A stretch of DNA of 64,000 bases, from the NCBI GenBank assembly GCA_044892525.1, contig CM097885.1:40302001-40366000 (forward strand), written 5' to 3'. The position numbers were made by a program, and so were the translations under genes. Below the pieces are notes generated by a model. That model saw only the letters and a program-made list of their open reading frames with translations, was not told the origin of the DNA and ran no database searches. Positions 20,685 to 33,404 of the stretch are shown piece after piece. The DNA comes from Schmidtea polychroa (Eukaryota). Position 1 is the stretch's first letter. Each line of letters starts with the position of its first letter.

Positions 20685-21239
20685 TGTAATGGAAAGCCCG
20701 AGCCAATGGAAAGCCCGAGCCCATGGGAAACCCGAGCACTGAAGAAAACCCGATGCGCAGTGAGACCCGAGACACCAGATAAGGGAATAATAATTCGAAT
20801 TATAATTGCAGGGTAAATAAATTAAAATAATTGTCGTACCGTTCAAAATTTACTTAAGGTGCCCGGGGAAACAATTAATTTCATTTTGTTAGATAATTGG
20901 CCTCTTAAACACAGTATAAAAGGAGAGCTTAGAAATGAGCAAGCCGCCATTCGGTCGAAGAGGAAAAGAAAAAAGCTAAGCAGAAAATCCAGCAAGGACA
21001 AGTCAAAAGAGGAAATTTGTGAATTATAAAGAAGCCAGAATAGTACAAGAAAAGGTAATTGCCCCTTGGGTTTTTACCTCATAAAATAAATTTGAATTGA
21101 GAGAAAGGTGCAAACAGTGACAGATTGTAATTGTGATAAAAATCAAATAAATTTATTCTGTGTTGAGTTTTCATTGATTTGGTAAAATAAGAACACGAGG
21201 AGTCAGAGACAGGACCGACTTACAAACAAAAACTCAACA
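20685..21239 (+). repeat. Putative 5' LTR of element A (~555 bp)
   Basis: tgtaat...caaca followed by PBS; ATTGG and TATAAAA near 20896-20921; AATAAA; ~17-bp tandem units (aatggaaagcccgagcc) at the start. No second copy is visible, so the left boundary is inferred. Confidence 0.65.
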
Positions 21240-21242
21240 TTT

Positions 21243-21260
21243 TGGTGAGCCCGACGTGAT
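21243..21260 (+). promoter_or_regulatory. Primer-binding site, tRNA-Trp-like
   Basis: TGGTGAGCCCGACGTGAT vs complement of tRNA-Trp 3' end TGGTGACCCCGACGTGAT. Confidence 0.8.
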
Positions 21261-21637
21261 CAAGTCGGCAGTGAATATTGTGGAAAAGTGAAAAGAGAAA
21301 ATTAAAAATAATTGAAAGTTGAATAAAATTGCCGAGATATAAAGTTGAAATTAAATTTGTTAAAGAGAAATTAAATTGAAAAAGAAAAGAAAAAATTGAA
21401 AATTAATTTTTTAAAGAGAAATTAAATTGAAAAAAAAAGAGAAATTGAACAAATTGTACAGTCGAAATAAAAGAGTGAAAGTTAACAAAATTTAAAAGAT
21501 ATTGAAATAAAGTTGTGGAAAAGTTACAAAAATTTATAAAAACTATTGTTGGAAATTAATTCAAAATTAAAACAAAAGGTAAAGTTAAAAATTGTAATTT
21601 TTTAAAATTTAGACGAGAAACAGTTGTCCAAGAGAAA

Positions 21638-24600
21638 TTGTATAATCTGAGAAGTAAAAAACACTTGGAAAATATGGCGACGAGCAACTCAAATATCAAT
21701 GAACAAATCTCAGTGTCTACTACTCAAGCGAACAATGGAAATGATTATGCCAGTTGTCAAAAGTTACCAGTTGAGCAATATGGAGGAGATCCAGTCGAAT
21801 TTGTTGACTTTATGGCAGATTATTACATGTATGCTACAGCTTATGGATGGAGCCAAGCAACTATGGTACAACGTCTACCATTATATTTAAAAGGAGCTGT
21901 GCGAGAGGCTTGGCAACAGATTGATAAACGACCTAGTAGCAAATGATTGGACAAGATTGAAAGATGCGTTGGCAGCCAAGTTGATTGGAGGAGATATAAA
22001 GAGAATGATGCGCCAAAAGTTCTACAGTCGAGTACAAAAGCCCGATGAATCTATAAGTGAGTTTGCTTATCATTTAATTACTCTTGCAGAGAAAGCGTTC
22101 GAAGTAAAGCCAGGTCAAGAGGAAGTGGCAAAGCAAGTCAAAGAATTACTTCAGGACCAATTTTTGACGAGTCAAGAAAGAAATCAAAAAGGCTTTGTGT
22201 TTTGTTGATTTTACAAATTTTGATGACTTGATTAGAAAAGCCATGAGAATTGAAATGAATCTTAAAACGACTCAACCAAAGGCGGAATCATTTGCGATTA
22301 TCAATGAGCCTAGAGATAGATCTATAACCCCAGTCATCGATAACTTGCTTCAAAGATCAACTAGTCCATCTCCCAAGTTCAGAGTGAAATTTGAACCAAG
22401 AAAGTCAACAGACAGTCCAAATGAGGAAAGAGAAAGAACTCTTCAATGCAGTCAATGCCAGAGAATGGGTCATCACATAAATCAATGCTGGTTTAAAAAT
22501 AACATTCGAAGAAGCCCTAGTCCGGTTCAGTGTGATTACTGTCAAAGAAAAGGACATAGCAATAGCCAATGTTGGTTCAAAAATAACGAGCAACGTAGTC
22601 CAAAAGGAATGCGGTCAGAATGGCTGAAAAGTAATGGTGAGAAAAGTTTTAACAGAACGAATATCAGTAACCAGAGAACTAATGATAAGATACAATGCTA
22701 TAATTGTGGAAGGAAAGGACATGTCACTCGAAATTGTTTTGCAAGATCCAGATCTCCATCAACATCACCCTCACCGCAAAGAGACAGAGTTAACCTACAA
22801 GGCCAAATCCAATGTCATTCCTGTAGAGGCTATGGACATATGGCTAGATCTTGTCCAAAGAGTAATAATATATTTCAAAGGCCGATATTAATGAAGACGA
22901 GATTTCAGAAAGACAAATCGCAATCTGACAATATAGCTTTTGCGCAAACAGATGATTTTAACGAGAGGATTGAAAATGAGATGAAGCAGATGAGTAGTCG
23001 CTTGGATCGATTAATGTGCAAATTCGAATCGGACGAAGAATTGAGTAACCACATGATGTATGAGTCGCAATCAGAAGGATCAGAGACAGATTCTAAAGAG
23101 AAATTGGATAAAGAAGACATAGAAAGAGAAAAAGTAACAATGATTATACTGAGGATCAACAAATTTATTGAAGAGAGAGCAATAGAAACATCTAAAGTAA
23201 TCTCATCGCTAAAGGAATTGAGTCAAATGACACTGAGCATACGAAAATTGAAAAATGTAATTGAGTTATGTGCCGATTATTATGATACCAATTTAAAAGA
23301 TGAAAAGGAAATTGGAAATGTGATGAAAATATTTGGAAAAACGTATCGAGAAAGTACATGGTTAGATTTTATTTTAATTAATGTTTTAGATGAAAATGAG
23401 AAAGAAGTAGCTTGCATTCGGTGTGAAGCAGGAGATTGTGTAGATGATTTAAAGAATAGATTAGAAGAAAACAATGGGAAACAGATACTAGAATTGAAGT
23501 TTAAAAATCGATGCTTACGCAATGATGAGTTTTTAATTGATTGTGGTTTTACACCAGGAAATAAAAATAAAGTGATAGCAAAAATGACAAGATGTTATGA
23601 AAATGTAAAAATTGATCCACAGAAAATTGTAAATGAGCTGAGAGAAGCTTTTGATGAGTGGAATAAAAATGCAATTGATGAAAAGTTGAAATTAGTAGAG
23701 GAAACGGAATTCGACGAAAATTGTAAATGTAGTACGTCCATGTATATATAAAAACTTGAAATATAAAGAAATATTAAAAGGTTTATTACGAAAATTTGGA
23801 AAAGAGATTAGAGAGACCAGGATAGAATTGAAACCATTTGTAATAGCATTAGATTATAAAAATGAAGGAAAAATAAAGTATATAGAAGAACATTGGTGTA
23901 CCAAGGTTGGTAAATTACGAAAGAGAGCCGCTGAAAGAGTTGGAAAGGATGGAATTATTCAATTGATATTTAAAAGTGAAGAATTAGATGACGATGAATA
24001 TTTATACGATTGTGGGTTTATACCTCAAGAATTAGATGTAGACGGATATTTATGTTCAGATACAGGATATTCAATAAATTATGTAATAGTAATTAAAAAT
24101 CAGATGTCAAATAAAGTATATGAGTCCGACAGGTCAAATAATGAGATAGAAAGGGATGATGAAAATGAAAGAAGAGTTGAAAATGAAGGTGTACTAGATA
24201 ACAAGGACATAGGAACTAGTGATAAAGATAAAGGTATAATAACAGAAATATTAAAGGAAGGGCAAGTAACCAAAAGTGAAATGAATAGTGAAATAAAGAC
24301 AAAAAAGCCTAGAACTTTGTATGAAGTAAAAAAGAGCCTGGTGAAGTCAGAATTAGAAGTGGATGAGACAAAAGAGTTATTAAAGAATTTAGTTAAAATA
24401 GTATATCCAATGTTCGAAATAAAAGTGAATACAAAGTGCGAATTGGGAGACACAGTGAATGAAATGGAAAAGAAACTTCCTAGTATTATGCAGAGATTTG
24501 GTGAAAATAATGACTTTTGTAATAGAGGGGTCATGAAAACTTTGACGAAAAATGGAATTGATAAAGAAGTAGTACTAACAAGCTTAACATATGCAGTTTT

Positions 24601-24793
24601 AGAGATAGGAGCTCATAAGATAATGGAATCAGATGAATTAGAGAATTTGATAGATGCAGCTGCTCGAATTTTAAATGAATACTTAATGAATTGGATAAAA
24701 AGGAATGGAGGTTGGACCAAACTGGTAAAAGTACTTACGATAAATGAAAATAATGAAATTAATATACCTCATAAATCGCTAAACGGGAGTGTT
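21638..24793 (+). pseudogene. gag: Element A Gag (4 CCHC knuckles) + 2 ubiquitin-like domains + Bcl-2-like domain; frameshifted
   Basis: RLPLYLKG.VREAW; RVQKPDESISEFA (MHR); four CX2CX4HX4C knuckles with RSPSP spacers; VDDLKNRL..LKFKNRCLRNDEFLIDCGF and VGKLRKR..LIFKSEELDDDEYLYDCGF; BH2-like YLMNWIKRNGGW. Confidence 0.8.
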
Positions 24794-26002
24794 GTGGTTG
24801 GGGCAATCCGATCTGGTAATTTGGCAATAGTTGCACCACTTTTCAATTGATCATCTATTTTGTCTATTTCAATTAATATTTTACCTTGTTCAACTTCAGA
24901 TTTTAAGTTACAAGTTTGCAAAAGATCTGATTTGTTCTTGAATAAATTAGACATTGCATTGAAGAAATTTTGTTCGATTTTCTCTAAAACATTTCCAATA
25001 TAATTCATTATAGAATCGGAATCCGTGAGTGACGTAAAATTTCTTCCATCGAATTCGACTTTAATTTTTTTACATAATTTATCTACTATAATTCGGCAAT
25101 TATGACCATTTATTAATAATGCAGCAAAATGCAAGTAATCATTTCCAAAGTTCTTTACGTTGAGATATTTTAGAGAATCCAGGCATTCGAATGAATCTTT
25201 GGAATAACAATAAGAATTTTTGGCTAGCGAAAAACAACCCCATTGAGGTTTTTGCATATCGTTTATTTTACTCATAAAAATATTCTGATGAATAAGTCAA
25301 ATTGCAGATAAAGATATTTTTTATTTAAATTACAAAGTTTTTAATTTGAATTACAAAGTTTTCATATATAAGTAAAACAAAAATATATAATAGAAACTAC
25401 ATAAAAAATGTAAATATAATCAGACCAGATAAACATATTCAACAGCCATTTCTCATTTACAAAATGTTAACTAAAAATAATAATTTCATATAGTCCGATT
25501 ATTTCTAAAGATTTTACAGCCTGCCGATTTGTCCATGAACCAATTTGACCATTGTCATTCGCATACAATATTTGAGGAAATGTATATCCTTTGCCGTTCT
25601 GATCCTTTTTTGCATTATCACATTGATCAGAATTTGTAAAGATGTGTGGTGGTTTGATAAAAAGATCTATTCGGGTTCATATTATTTTTAGGATTTGTTC
25701 CGTATTTCGCGAATTGTAATGGATGAGGGTGTTGGTCTATGAGAGCCAACACTAAAACTATTGGGAGCCGAATACAGTTTATCTTGATAATGATAACATG
25801 GCATCGAATTTGCTTTACTCGTCTGAGATTGATTAATAGAGCCTGATTGATAAGTAGAAGTATTAGCTGATCGCACGAATTTTGATTGACTGTAATTGTG
25901 TTCTGATTGGTCCTTGTTCGTTGGTGACCGCGCATTTATATATATAATATAATATAATATAATATAATATAGTATAATAGGTATATAGATATTGTTAAGG
26001 CC
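24794..26002 (-). other. ~1.2-kb unidentified insertion with antisense ORF fragments and a (TAATA)n tract
   Basis: Strand bias flips; minus ORFs 24769..25275 and 25627..25935; element B has no equivalent between Bcl-2 and env. Confidence 0.55.
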
Positions 26003-27736
26003 GTGTTATTGTTAAGCCCAATATTGAGAAAAACGATGGTATTTCCATGGGTAATGTTTATGATAATTGTTTTGTGCGCAATAATTACCCAGACAACCTG
26101 TATGACTGCATATGATTGTTCACAAACGGAAATGGGAAAAATTTATTCGGTAGTAGATGTGTCAGAATGTTCGGATGCATACCCGAGAAAACTAAAGATT
26201 GAAAAAGATGTAAAATATCATGTATATCAAGAATCTGATTTAAGACGAACGAAAGTTCGAGAATGTATAGTTAAACATACTACATTTATATTTTATTGTG
26301 GGAAGTGGAGCCATACTTCATTGATAAAGATGTATACAATCCCAAGGCCAGTGGAAGTTATGCCAGAAAATATTTTAGCAGCATTTGAAACAGAAGAATT
26401 GAAAATAAGTTCGGAAATTAAACTGAAGGCAAAAATAAATCATAGGACGAGAGAAACGGTGGTTACGAAAGGATTAATGAAGCAAGACGGAGATTGTGAA
26501 GGGGAACCGTACAAAGTCAGTGGTAAAATTATTCAAAAAGCAGTGGTGATAGAAGAATATCTAACGGAGTTGAGAGAATTTGAAGAAGCTTTTGATGATG
26601 ATACGGGGAAGTTACAGACCCACCCATTTTGTAATATGAAACAAAATAACTGTCGAACGGGGGGGGGAATCAATTCTTGTTTATGAAGTAAAAACTAATG
26701 TATGTAACTTAGCGCATTTAAAAACGATGAATTTCAAAGAAATTAGTGGAGAGCAGTTTAGGGAAAGGCCTGACAATATTAATGTATATTATGGAGTAAA
26801 TATGACAATCAGATCAACGCCCGTTTGGACAAGAAAAACAGCGACTGTATTAATGTCAATAATTCCGATGGACGCCATGCGTTTTATATTAAAGGAAGTT
26901 ACCAATAAATGTGGTCAGATGGTATACTCCACAAATTACAAAGGAGTTTACGTATCAACAGTAATAGTACAGGAAGCTAAAACTAGAATTCATACGGGTG
27001 ATATTAAATTACCCATTACTTTAACAATAAAATTGATTACTTATTTCATTATAGTCAGAACACCATGGAGAATATCTATCGAGAAATAATCTTAAATGAT
27101 TGTAAATTAAATAAAGAAATACTTCGAAATCGAATGGCAATGGCCATCACAAACCCAAATTTGGTTGCACCCATGTTAATATCAGAAAACGGAGTGTTTG
27201 CGAGAATCTTCGGAGAAGCTTTTTACAGTTATAAATGTAAGGAAGTGTCAGTAAAAATAATGAAATATGAAAAATGCACTAATGAATTGCCAGTTAGCGT
27301 CGAAGGAAGATGCGATTTATGGAACCAATAACACGGATATTACTTGACGAAAACACAAAACCAAAATTACTCCAGTGCAATAGATTGCTAGCCCCGTTAT
27401 ACCGTTTGGCACCAGATTCTTGGGTAGCATTACCCGATTACCGAGGAGTTAGAACTCCAGTTAAATTGGAATTAATCAATTTAGAGTATTTAGTGAACTT
27501 TACATCCCTAAATAAAATGGCACAACTAGGTTTCTACGCAAGCGAGGATATAGAAGAAGCTCAAAGAAATTTATTATTTCCATCAAAGAAAGAACGGGTG
27601 ATATCAGAAATGATTGATACAATATTACCAAACGGAGAGAGTACGGTTAATTATGAATATCTCCTAACGCCAGATCATTTCAAAAAAGCAACGTACAAAA
27701 CGATGGAAAAGATTTGGGGAAAATTTATGTTCTTAG
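26003..27736 (+). pseudogene. env: Element A chuvirus-like envelope glycoprotein ectodomain (frameshifted, interrupted by B)
   Basis: Signal peptide then AYDC; ECIVK..FYCG..SH; GDCEG; CTNELPV; FMEPITR; GFYASEDI; WGKF. Homologous to 38215-41270. Confidence 0.8.
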
Positions 27737-28063
27737 TGTTGGGCTGAATTGGAAAAAATGATCGTCGAAAAATAAGATAGATAAGAGGCGAATAAAATAA
27801 AATAAGACCACCAATTTTAGGAATAAATAAATCAAGACATAAAATAAACCATAAATAAGATATAAAAATTAAAACAAAAAATAAAAATTAAAAAATTAAA
27901 AAATAAAGTAATAACATAATGAATAAGATACCGGAAAACGCAATAAATAATAAGGAATTTAGGAAATAAATAAAAGATATAATAAAAATAGGAAAATAAG
28001 TAAAATACCCAAAGAAATAGGAAAAAACAAACTAATTTAATATAATAAGCGGTACTCAATTTT

Positions 28064-28125
28064 GATTGGTCCGCGTAAATGAAAAATTGGTATATAAACC
28101 AACGCCAAAATCATAAAAATCAGTG
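28064..28125 (+). promoter_or_regulatory. Pol II core promoter in LTR (reverse CCAAT, TATA, TCAGT initiator)
   Basis: ATTGG ~28065 and ~28086; TATATAAA 28091; TCAGT 28120, about 30 nt downstream. Confidence 0.6.
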
Positions 28126-30379
28126 TTAATTTGAAAAAACATTACAGGACTGACTCTAGGACCAGAAAACCTTCAATAAATTCAGAGAAACTACTCGAGA
28201 ACCTCATAAAACCGACTACAAGCTTCAACACCAGTTGACTATTTTGGAAAAGACGAGCCTTATATTTCGATTCAGCCTAACGTGACAGTAAGAGATTGTA
28301 TTCATTTGTTTTTCTTAATTTTTGAAGTAACAATAACTATGTATATTTATTAAATAATTAAAATTTTAAGTTACATTTGATTTTTCTTCTTTTCACTTGA
28401 TCCCGATTAATAAATTTGATAAATTAACTGGTTTAAAAATCTAAAGTCATTAATTCGATATGATTTGGCAATTCTTATGATTATTTTTATGAAGTATAAT
28501 TTTATGCTGTTCAAAGTAACGAGTAACGTGGAGTTGAGATACTCCATGTCATGGTATGAGGTGCCTTCGGGAGCTCAGCCGGTGGACATGGAGTATTTCA
28601 ATCACGCAGCTAGATTGGGCCGAAATGTGAAGGCTTCTTCACGGGTCCAATCGCTGAAGGTGCGACTAAAATTCTATGAAAAGATTGCTCTAGGAAAACC
28701 GTAGTTAGACAGTGATTGAAAAGACAGATGTATAAATGGATGCATTTTTGACAATTCGCACGGTGATTGAGGAGGTCACGCTAATAGCTCATCGGTTCGT
28801 TTTCTTGAACTTTATCACATCCTAGTTATCAGAAAATTGTTATATAATTATTCAGTAAATTCGTCTAAAAATTGGTGTCATTTCATAACCTACATCACCT
28901 GAATGCATAATTTTACGAAAATTAGATCCTGTGACTTTCAGCTGCCATAACTCCATGAATGTAGTCTATCGTATTTTTTCGCACATAATTAATTTTGATA
29001 AATCGGTCGAGAGTACATATGGTAGCGAATCCCAAAAATTAATTAATTCCAAAAATATTTACAGAATTACGAAATATCTCTAAATTCAATTCAACAAAAT
29101 TTATTTTATACAAAGAGAAAACTAGTTCAATGCCATACCTTCCCCAGAGATCGAACAGGCAATGTCTAAGGCATAATTGCGAAATTCACGAATCCAATGA
29201 GTAAAATCCAAATTTTCAGTGTAGTACCGAGAGGGGTCGAATGTAGTTTTCTTCATTACCTTCTTATTGATCGTCGGAAATTCCACTAAAAGTCCAATTT
29301 TTGATTTTAACTTCATATTGAGAAACATCAGCAGTAGCAAAATCTACATAATCCACCGCACAATGAGTATCGGATAACATATGAGTAGCGGGATGTTGAT
29401 GGAATTAGCAGCAAGCGCGATAAAATCCAAAATTCATTTCAAGTAATAAACAACCACACGCGAATTCACATTGATACGGCAAACATACGAGAGTTCACAT
29501 AACGCATGCATACCACACACTGACATTGAGAACATTCGCATGAGAGACATGAGTTAATTCTCAAGTAAATATCATCAGCAACAAACTTGGCCATATGCCC
29601 TACTGATAGTAATTTTTTCCTCTCTGCGAGATAATGACGGAGAAACGTGTTGGATAGCAACTGGTCTGAGATTATTGTATTCAAGCTATCACTTCTCACA
29701 TACTACTGGATAAAGATTTGGTCTAGACTAATTATGGAATAATCACCAGATAATTATAATCCTGATTACGATCACAAATAGCACTCTTAAATTAGTTATA
29801 AATTATTTATGTTTTGGATAATTAGAATAATTTAAATTAGGCTTACAGATAATACTAACAATTTCGTTCGGTAGACCATATAAATAATCATATAAATATT
29901 CAATAAAGCACGATAAGTAATGTATCGAAGTTTTCATTAAACATCATTATATTATTATTATTATTCTAATATTTTACTAAATATCATCGATCCTTAAACT
30001 ATCACACATAACATTATACGAGTGGGTGACAGGGGCAAGAGCGTTGGGAAGGTCGTAGCGTCGAAGTCGCGTGATTTTTGATCATAAATGGAATTCCGGA
30101 TTGGTAGGAAAATTTTAGGATTCGTAAAGGTACCCCTGAACCTGTATTAATCGAATTGCATTCGTCAAATCAGCATAGTTCGGTTAGGTAAAGAATTTTG
30201 TCCGTCAAACTAGTATTATTTAATGGAATTAAGAAATTTTGTACACAATTTAAATCGACGAGTAAGGACATTCATTGTTGTTTAGTGGCTGAATATCCAC
30301 GGGCAGTCGATTATTCGTATTCCACGTATTTCTTCAACCATGTATATATTACGTCTTAACATCATTCTTTATAGCGAGC

Positions 30380-31147
30380 ATGATACCAACTACCAAACCT
30401 GCGTTACGTCCGTGCTTCTCTTGTGCGGATAAAAACGCCATCATCAAAGATCTGCAAACCCAGATTGGACGTTACAAAAGGAAGATAGATGAGCTAGAAG
30501 GGACATGGTTTAGTCCCGCTCGGATGAAAGAGATCCAAAAGAAGCTCGATCGTAGCGAGCATTGCCGGGACGCGCTAATATCTGAGAGCCGTGCCCAAAG
30601 AAGTCTCATCAAAGAACAGTCAGAGGCACTGCACAAAGTCTACGTGCAGGCGACTACAACCCGGAAAATAGTGCAGATTCCTATCAGAGAGGCCGATAAC
30701 ATCTTTCCGCCTCATCACAACCCTTCCTCGAATCCATCTCCGCCGTTCAAGAGACCGTGTCGAGACTGCGTGGAAACCGAACTTTCACCTGGGCGACCGG
30801 ACGTTGTCCTCACGGGTACTAGCAAGACTTCAGCTGCTAACATCTCTATACCCACTGCGCTTCAAACCACCACAACTACGAGCAAACCCAAGCGCAAACA
30901 ATTATCGCGTGCGGAACGAAAGCGGAGGCAGCGTGAGCGTGCGTCCACCAAGCCAAGCCTCCTATCAATAGAAGACTCTACTGGCGGTGGTAGTTCTCGA
31001 ATGTCCATCGACTTGACAATAGGGGCCCCAGCGCGCATCATCTCGGCGGCTGGCGTGACATGGGAGGAAAATGCCTCCGAATTCTTTGATCTGGACGAGT
31101 TGCTCGCCGACACCGAATGGGAACATGAGATTCATGAAGTCCGTTAG
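30380..31147 (+). CDS. LTR-encoded protein (CxxC, coiled coil, basic tract, acidic tail), unknown function
   Basis: Intact 255-aa ORF in both LTRs; preceded by ttcttttatag acceptor; AATAAA at ~31240. Confidence 0.7.
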   Translation: MIPTTKPALRPCFSCADKNAIIKDLQTQIGRYKRKIDELEGTWFSPARMKEIQKKLDRSEHCRDALISESRAQRSLIKEQSEALHKVYVQATTTRKIVQIPIREADNIFPPHHNPSSNPSPPFKRPCRDCVETELSPGRPDVVLTGTSKTSAANISIPTALQTTTTTSKPKRKQLSRAERKRRQRERASTKPSLLSIEDSTGGGSSRMSIDLTIGAPARIISAAGVTWEENASEFFDLDELLADTEWEHEIHEVR

Positions 31148-31656
31148 GAAGTCGTATCGCATTTATTGTGACATTTCTTTTTCTCCACGAATACTCGTGA
31201 TGTGTACGATTAACTCCTTGTGTATTAATATTGAATACTAATAAATTTCGTCGTTTACTTACTTCCGTTTATAAACTGTCAGATTTTAATTAAATAAGTT
31301 GAATATAGCGTCTTCGAGAGTTAACGAATAATCCCCGATTTATCCTCGTGAAATTCTGGCAACCGGTGATGTAATGCAATGGACGTAAGCCCTTCTATCG
31401 GCAGTCAGGAATGGGAAGTCGAGGCCTCAGCAAGGAGTAGTTTTAAGGCAGAAGCTCACCTGCTTGCTGGCGTCTCGCCTGCATAGTGCAGTACCAACGT
31501 GAAGTAATTCACGGGCACTATGCTGGAGGAAAGTTATGTGGGGTTTCACTCCGGGTTGACAAAGCGGCGGCACATTTTATTCGAGATGGACAATCAACCC
31601 TTAGACCAGACAATATGGTAGAGTAATCAGCCGAGGTGTAACCCCAACATGATTTT

Positions 31657-31674
31657 TGGGGGCTCAGCCGGGAT
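31657..31674 (+). promoter_or_regulatory. Primer-binding site, tRNA-Pro
   Basis: TGGGGGCTCAGCCGGGAT just after the LTR end, complementary to a tRNA-Pro 3' end (ATCCCGGCTGAGCCCCCA). Confidence 0.85.
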
Positions 31675-32014
31675 ATACTGTCGATTGAAATTTCTATTAA
31701 CGAATGTGAAATTCACCGGGATTTAGATCGAAATTTTGATTGAATAACGTGAGATTCACCAGGATTTTTTTTTGAATTTGATTGATTTGACGAATGCAAA
31801 TTGAATGGCGTTTATTAAAATAATAGTATAAACAGGGTAGAGGGAAATGGGAACCTAGATAATGATAAAATTAAAAATAAATAAAGTAAAACTAATAATA
31901 GAAGGGAACTAAGAGGAAAGTAAAATAATTAATAATAACTTAAAAAGGGAAAGTGTAATGAAGCCACCACTAATTAGTAATATATTACTAAAACATTTTC
32001 TTTTTCTAATAGAC

Positions 32015-32500
32015 ATGACAGAATTCGTGGACCAGATACAACAATTAATCAACTTCATAAACCTCGAGAATGACTCCCTTAAAACACTGACACAAAAGAG
32101 AGAAAGAATTAACATCATACTACTCCAAGCAATCGGACAAACACCAGTCGTCCCCAACCACATGTTGTTAGCCACAGGACTAAGTCACCCAGATGGGAAG
32201 ATAAACCCTGAAACCGTGTATCAGTGGTATCAAGAGAGATTGAACCACCCAACATTAAATCTTGATTACCAACTTATAAAAGATCCATTAAATACAATAG
32301 CAGATACAATCGAGCGAAAAATACAAGAAAAACTGACCCTACTACGAACTTGTCTTGCGTGTAAACTTCGTCCTATCCGCGTACTATTCTTGCCTTGTGG
32401 ACACCTCAGTCACTGTGAGGAATGTGTAAAAGACTTAAAAAGATGCACGTTGTGCAAATATGAAATAAAGGAAGCCCATATAGTTTATTATGGTGAATGA
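32015..32500 (+). CDS. C-terminal IAP/MDM2-type RING finger protein (putative E3 ligase), upstream of gag
   Basis: CLACK..RVLFLPCGHLSHCEEC..LKRCTLCKYEI..IVYY; ATG 32015 after polypyrimidine-AG; AATAAA at ~32602. Confidence 0.85.
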   Translation: MTEFVDQIQQLINFINLENDSLKTLTQKRERINIILLQAIGQTPVVPNHMLLATGLSHPDGKINPETVYQWYQERLNHPTLNLDYQLIKDPLNTIADTIERKIQEKLTLLRTCLACKLRPIRVLFLPCGHLSHCEECVKDLKRCTLCKYEIKEAHIVYYGE

Positions 32501-33036
32501 ACGGTTATGAACATCAAATTGTTACTGACAACCAGATATGAACAAATGTAATTTTGATGTGAAATATCATGATAATCTTAATTGTTATTTATTTCATGAT
32601 TGAATAAAATCTGGTTATGAATTGAGTAGTTATCATTTTTAGTTTTAGGTTTATTTTGTTTTGGGATCAAGTGAAAGAAAGTGTAAAATAACGTGGAGTT
32701 AGTCCCAATATAGGCTGCAAGGGTACAAACCGAGCCACCTTCGGGCGGTACGTTTTATTTTAAGAACCGTGGGGAGGGGATAACTGATCAACCCAAGTAA
32801 GAAGCGTAGGGCGGGGTACAATCGCATATGATGAGAAGTTTCTGCGGCATGACTGATCACCATGCCAATGTAGAAATGGATCATCGCGATCGTCGTGCGT
32901 TTTGAGCAAGGGGGGAAAGGGGAAACACTCCCAAGCGGTAAAGATTGAGTCGACAAATTAAAAGTAGACAGAGAAAATGGTAAACTAGAGTAAAAGAGGA
33001 GAAGAGAAGTAGAAGCATGCAGAGCGGGGAATATTG

Positions 33037-33404
33037 AAGCCGAGCTGTCGAATAGTCCAGCCGGTCAAGGAGGAAGATTGAGCTGTTGAATAGTGCCAGC
33101 CAGTCGTAAGATCGAGTTGTTGAATAGTCCAACCTATCAGAAGGAAGAAGATTGAGCTGTTGAATAGTGCCAGCCAGTCGTAAGATCGAGTTGTTGAATA
33201 GTCCAACCGATCAGAAGGAGGAAGATTGAGCTGTTGAATAGTGCCAGCCAGTCGTAAGATCGAGTTGTTGAATAGTCCAACCGATCAGAAGGAGGAAGAT
33301 TGAGCTGTTGAATAGTGCCAGCCAGTCTTAAGGTCGAGTTGTGAAAAGTCCAACCGATCAGAGAGAAGAAGATTGAGCTGTTGAATAGTGCCAGCCAGTC
33401 GTAA
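33037..33404 (+). repeat. 74-bp tandem repeat (~5 units), each a dimer of related halves
   Basis: gaagattgagctgttgaatagtgccagccagtcgtaagatcgagttgttgaatagtccaaccgatcagaaggag starting at 33073, 33147, 33221, 33295 and 33368. Confidence 0.95.

Larger units (their letters stand above)
27737..31649 (+). repeat. 5' LTR of element B (3913 bp)
   Basis: tgttggg...cccaaca terminal inverted ends; direct repeat of 52858-56829. Confidence 0.97.

Noticed and set aside
28465..29699. Small ORFs inside the LTR (28465+, 29122-, 29466-)
   Set aside because: Short, no recognisable motif, and some differ between LTR copies by a stop or indel; may be a decayed gene but unsupported.
33037..33404. CRISPR-like array
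   Set aside because: The intervening sequences are near-identical rather than unique spacers, there are no cas genes, and the context is a eukaryotic retroelement.
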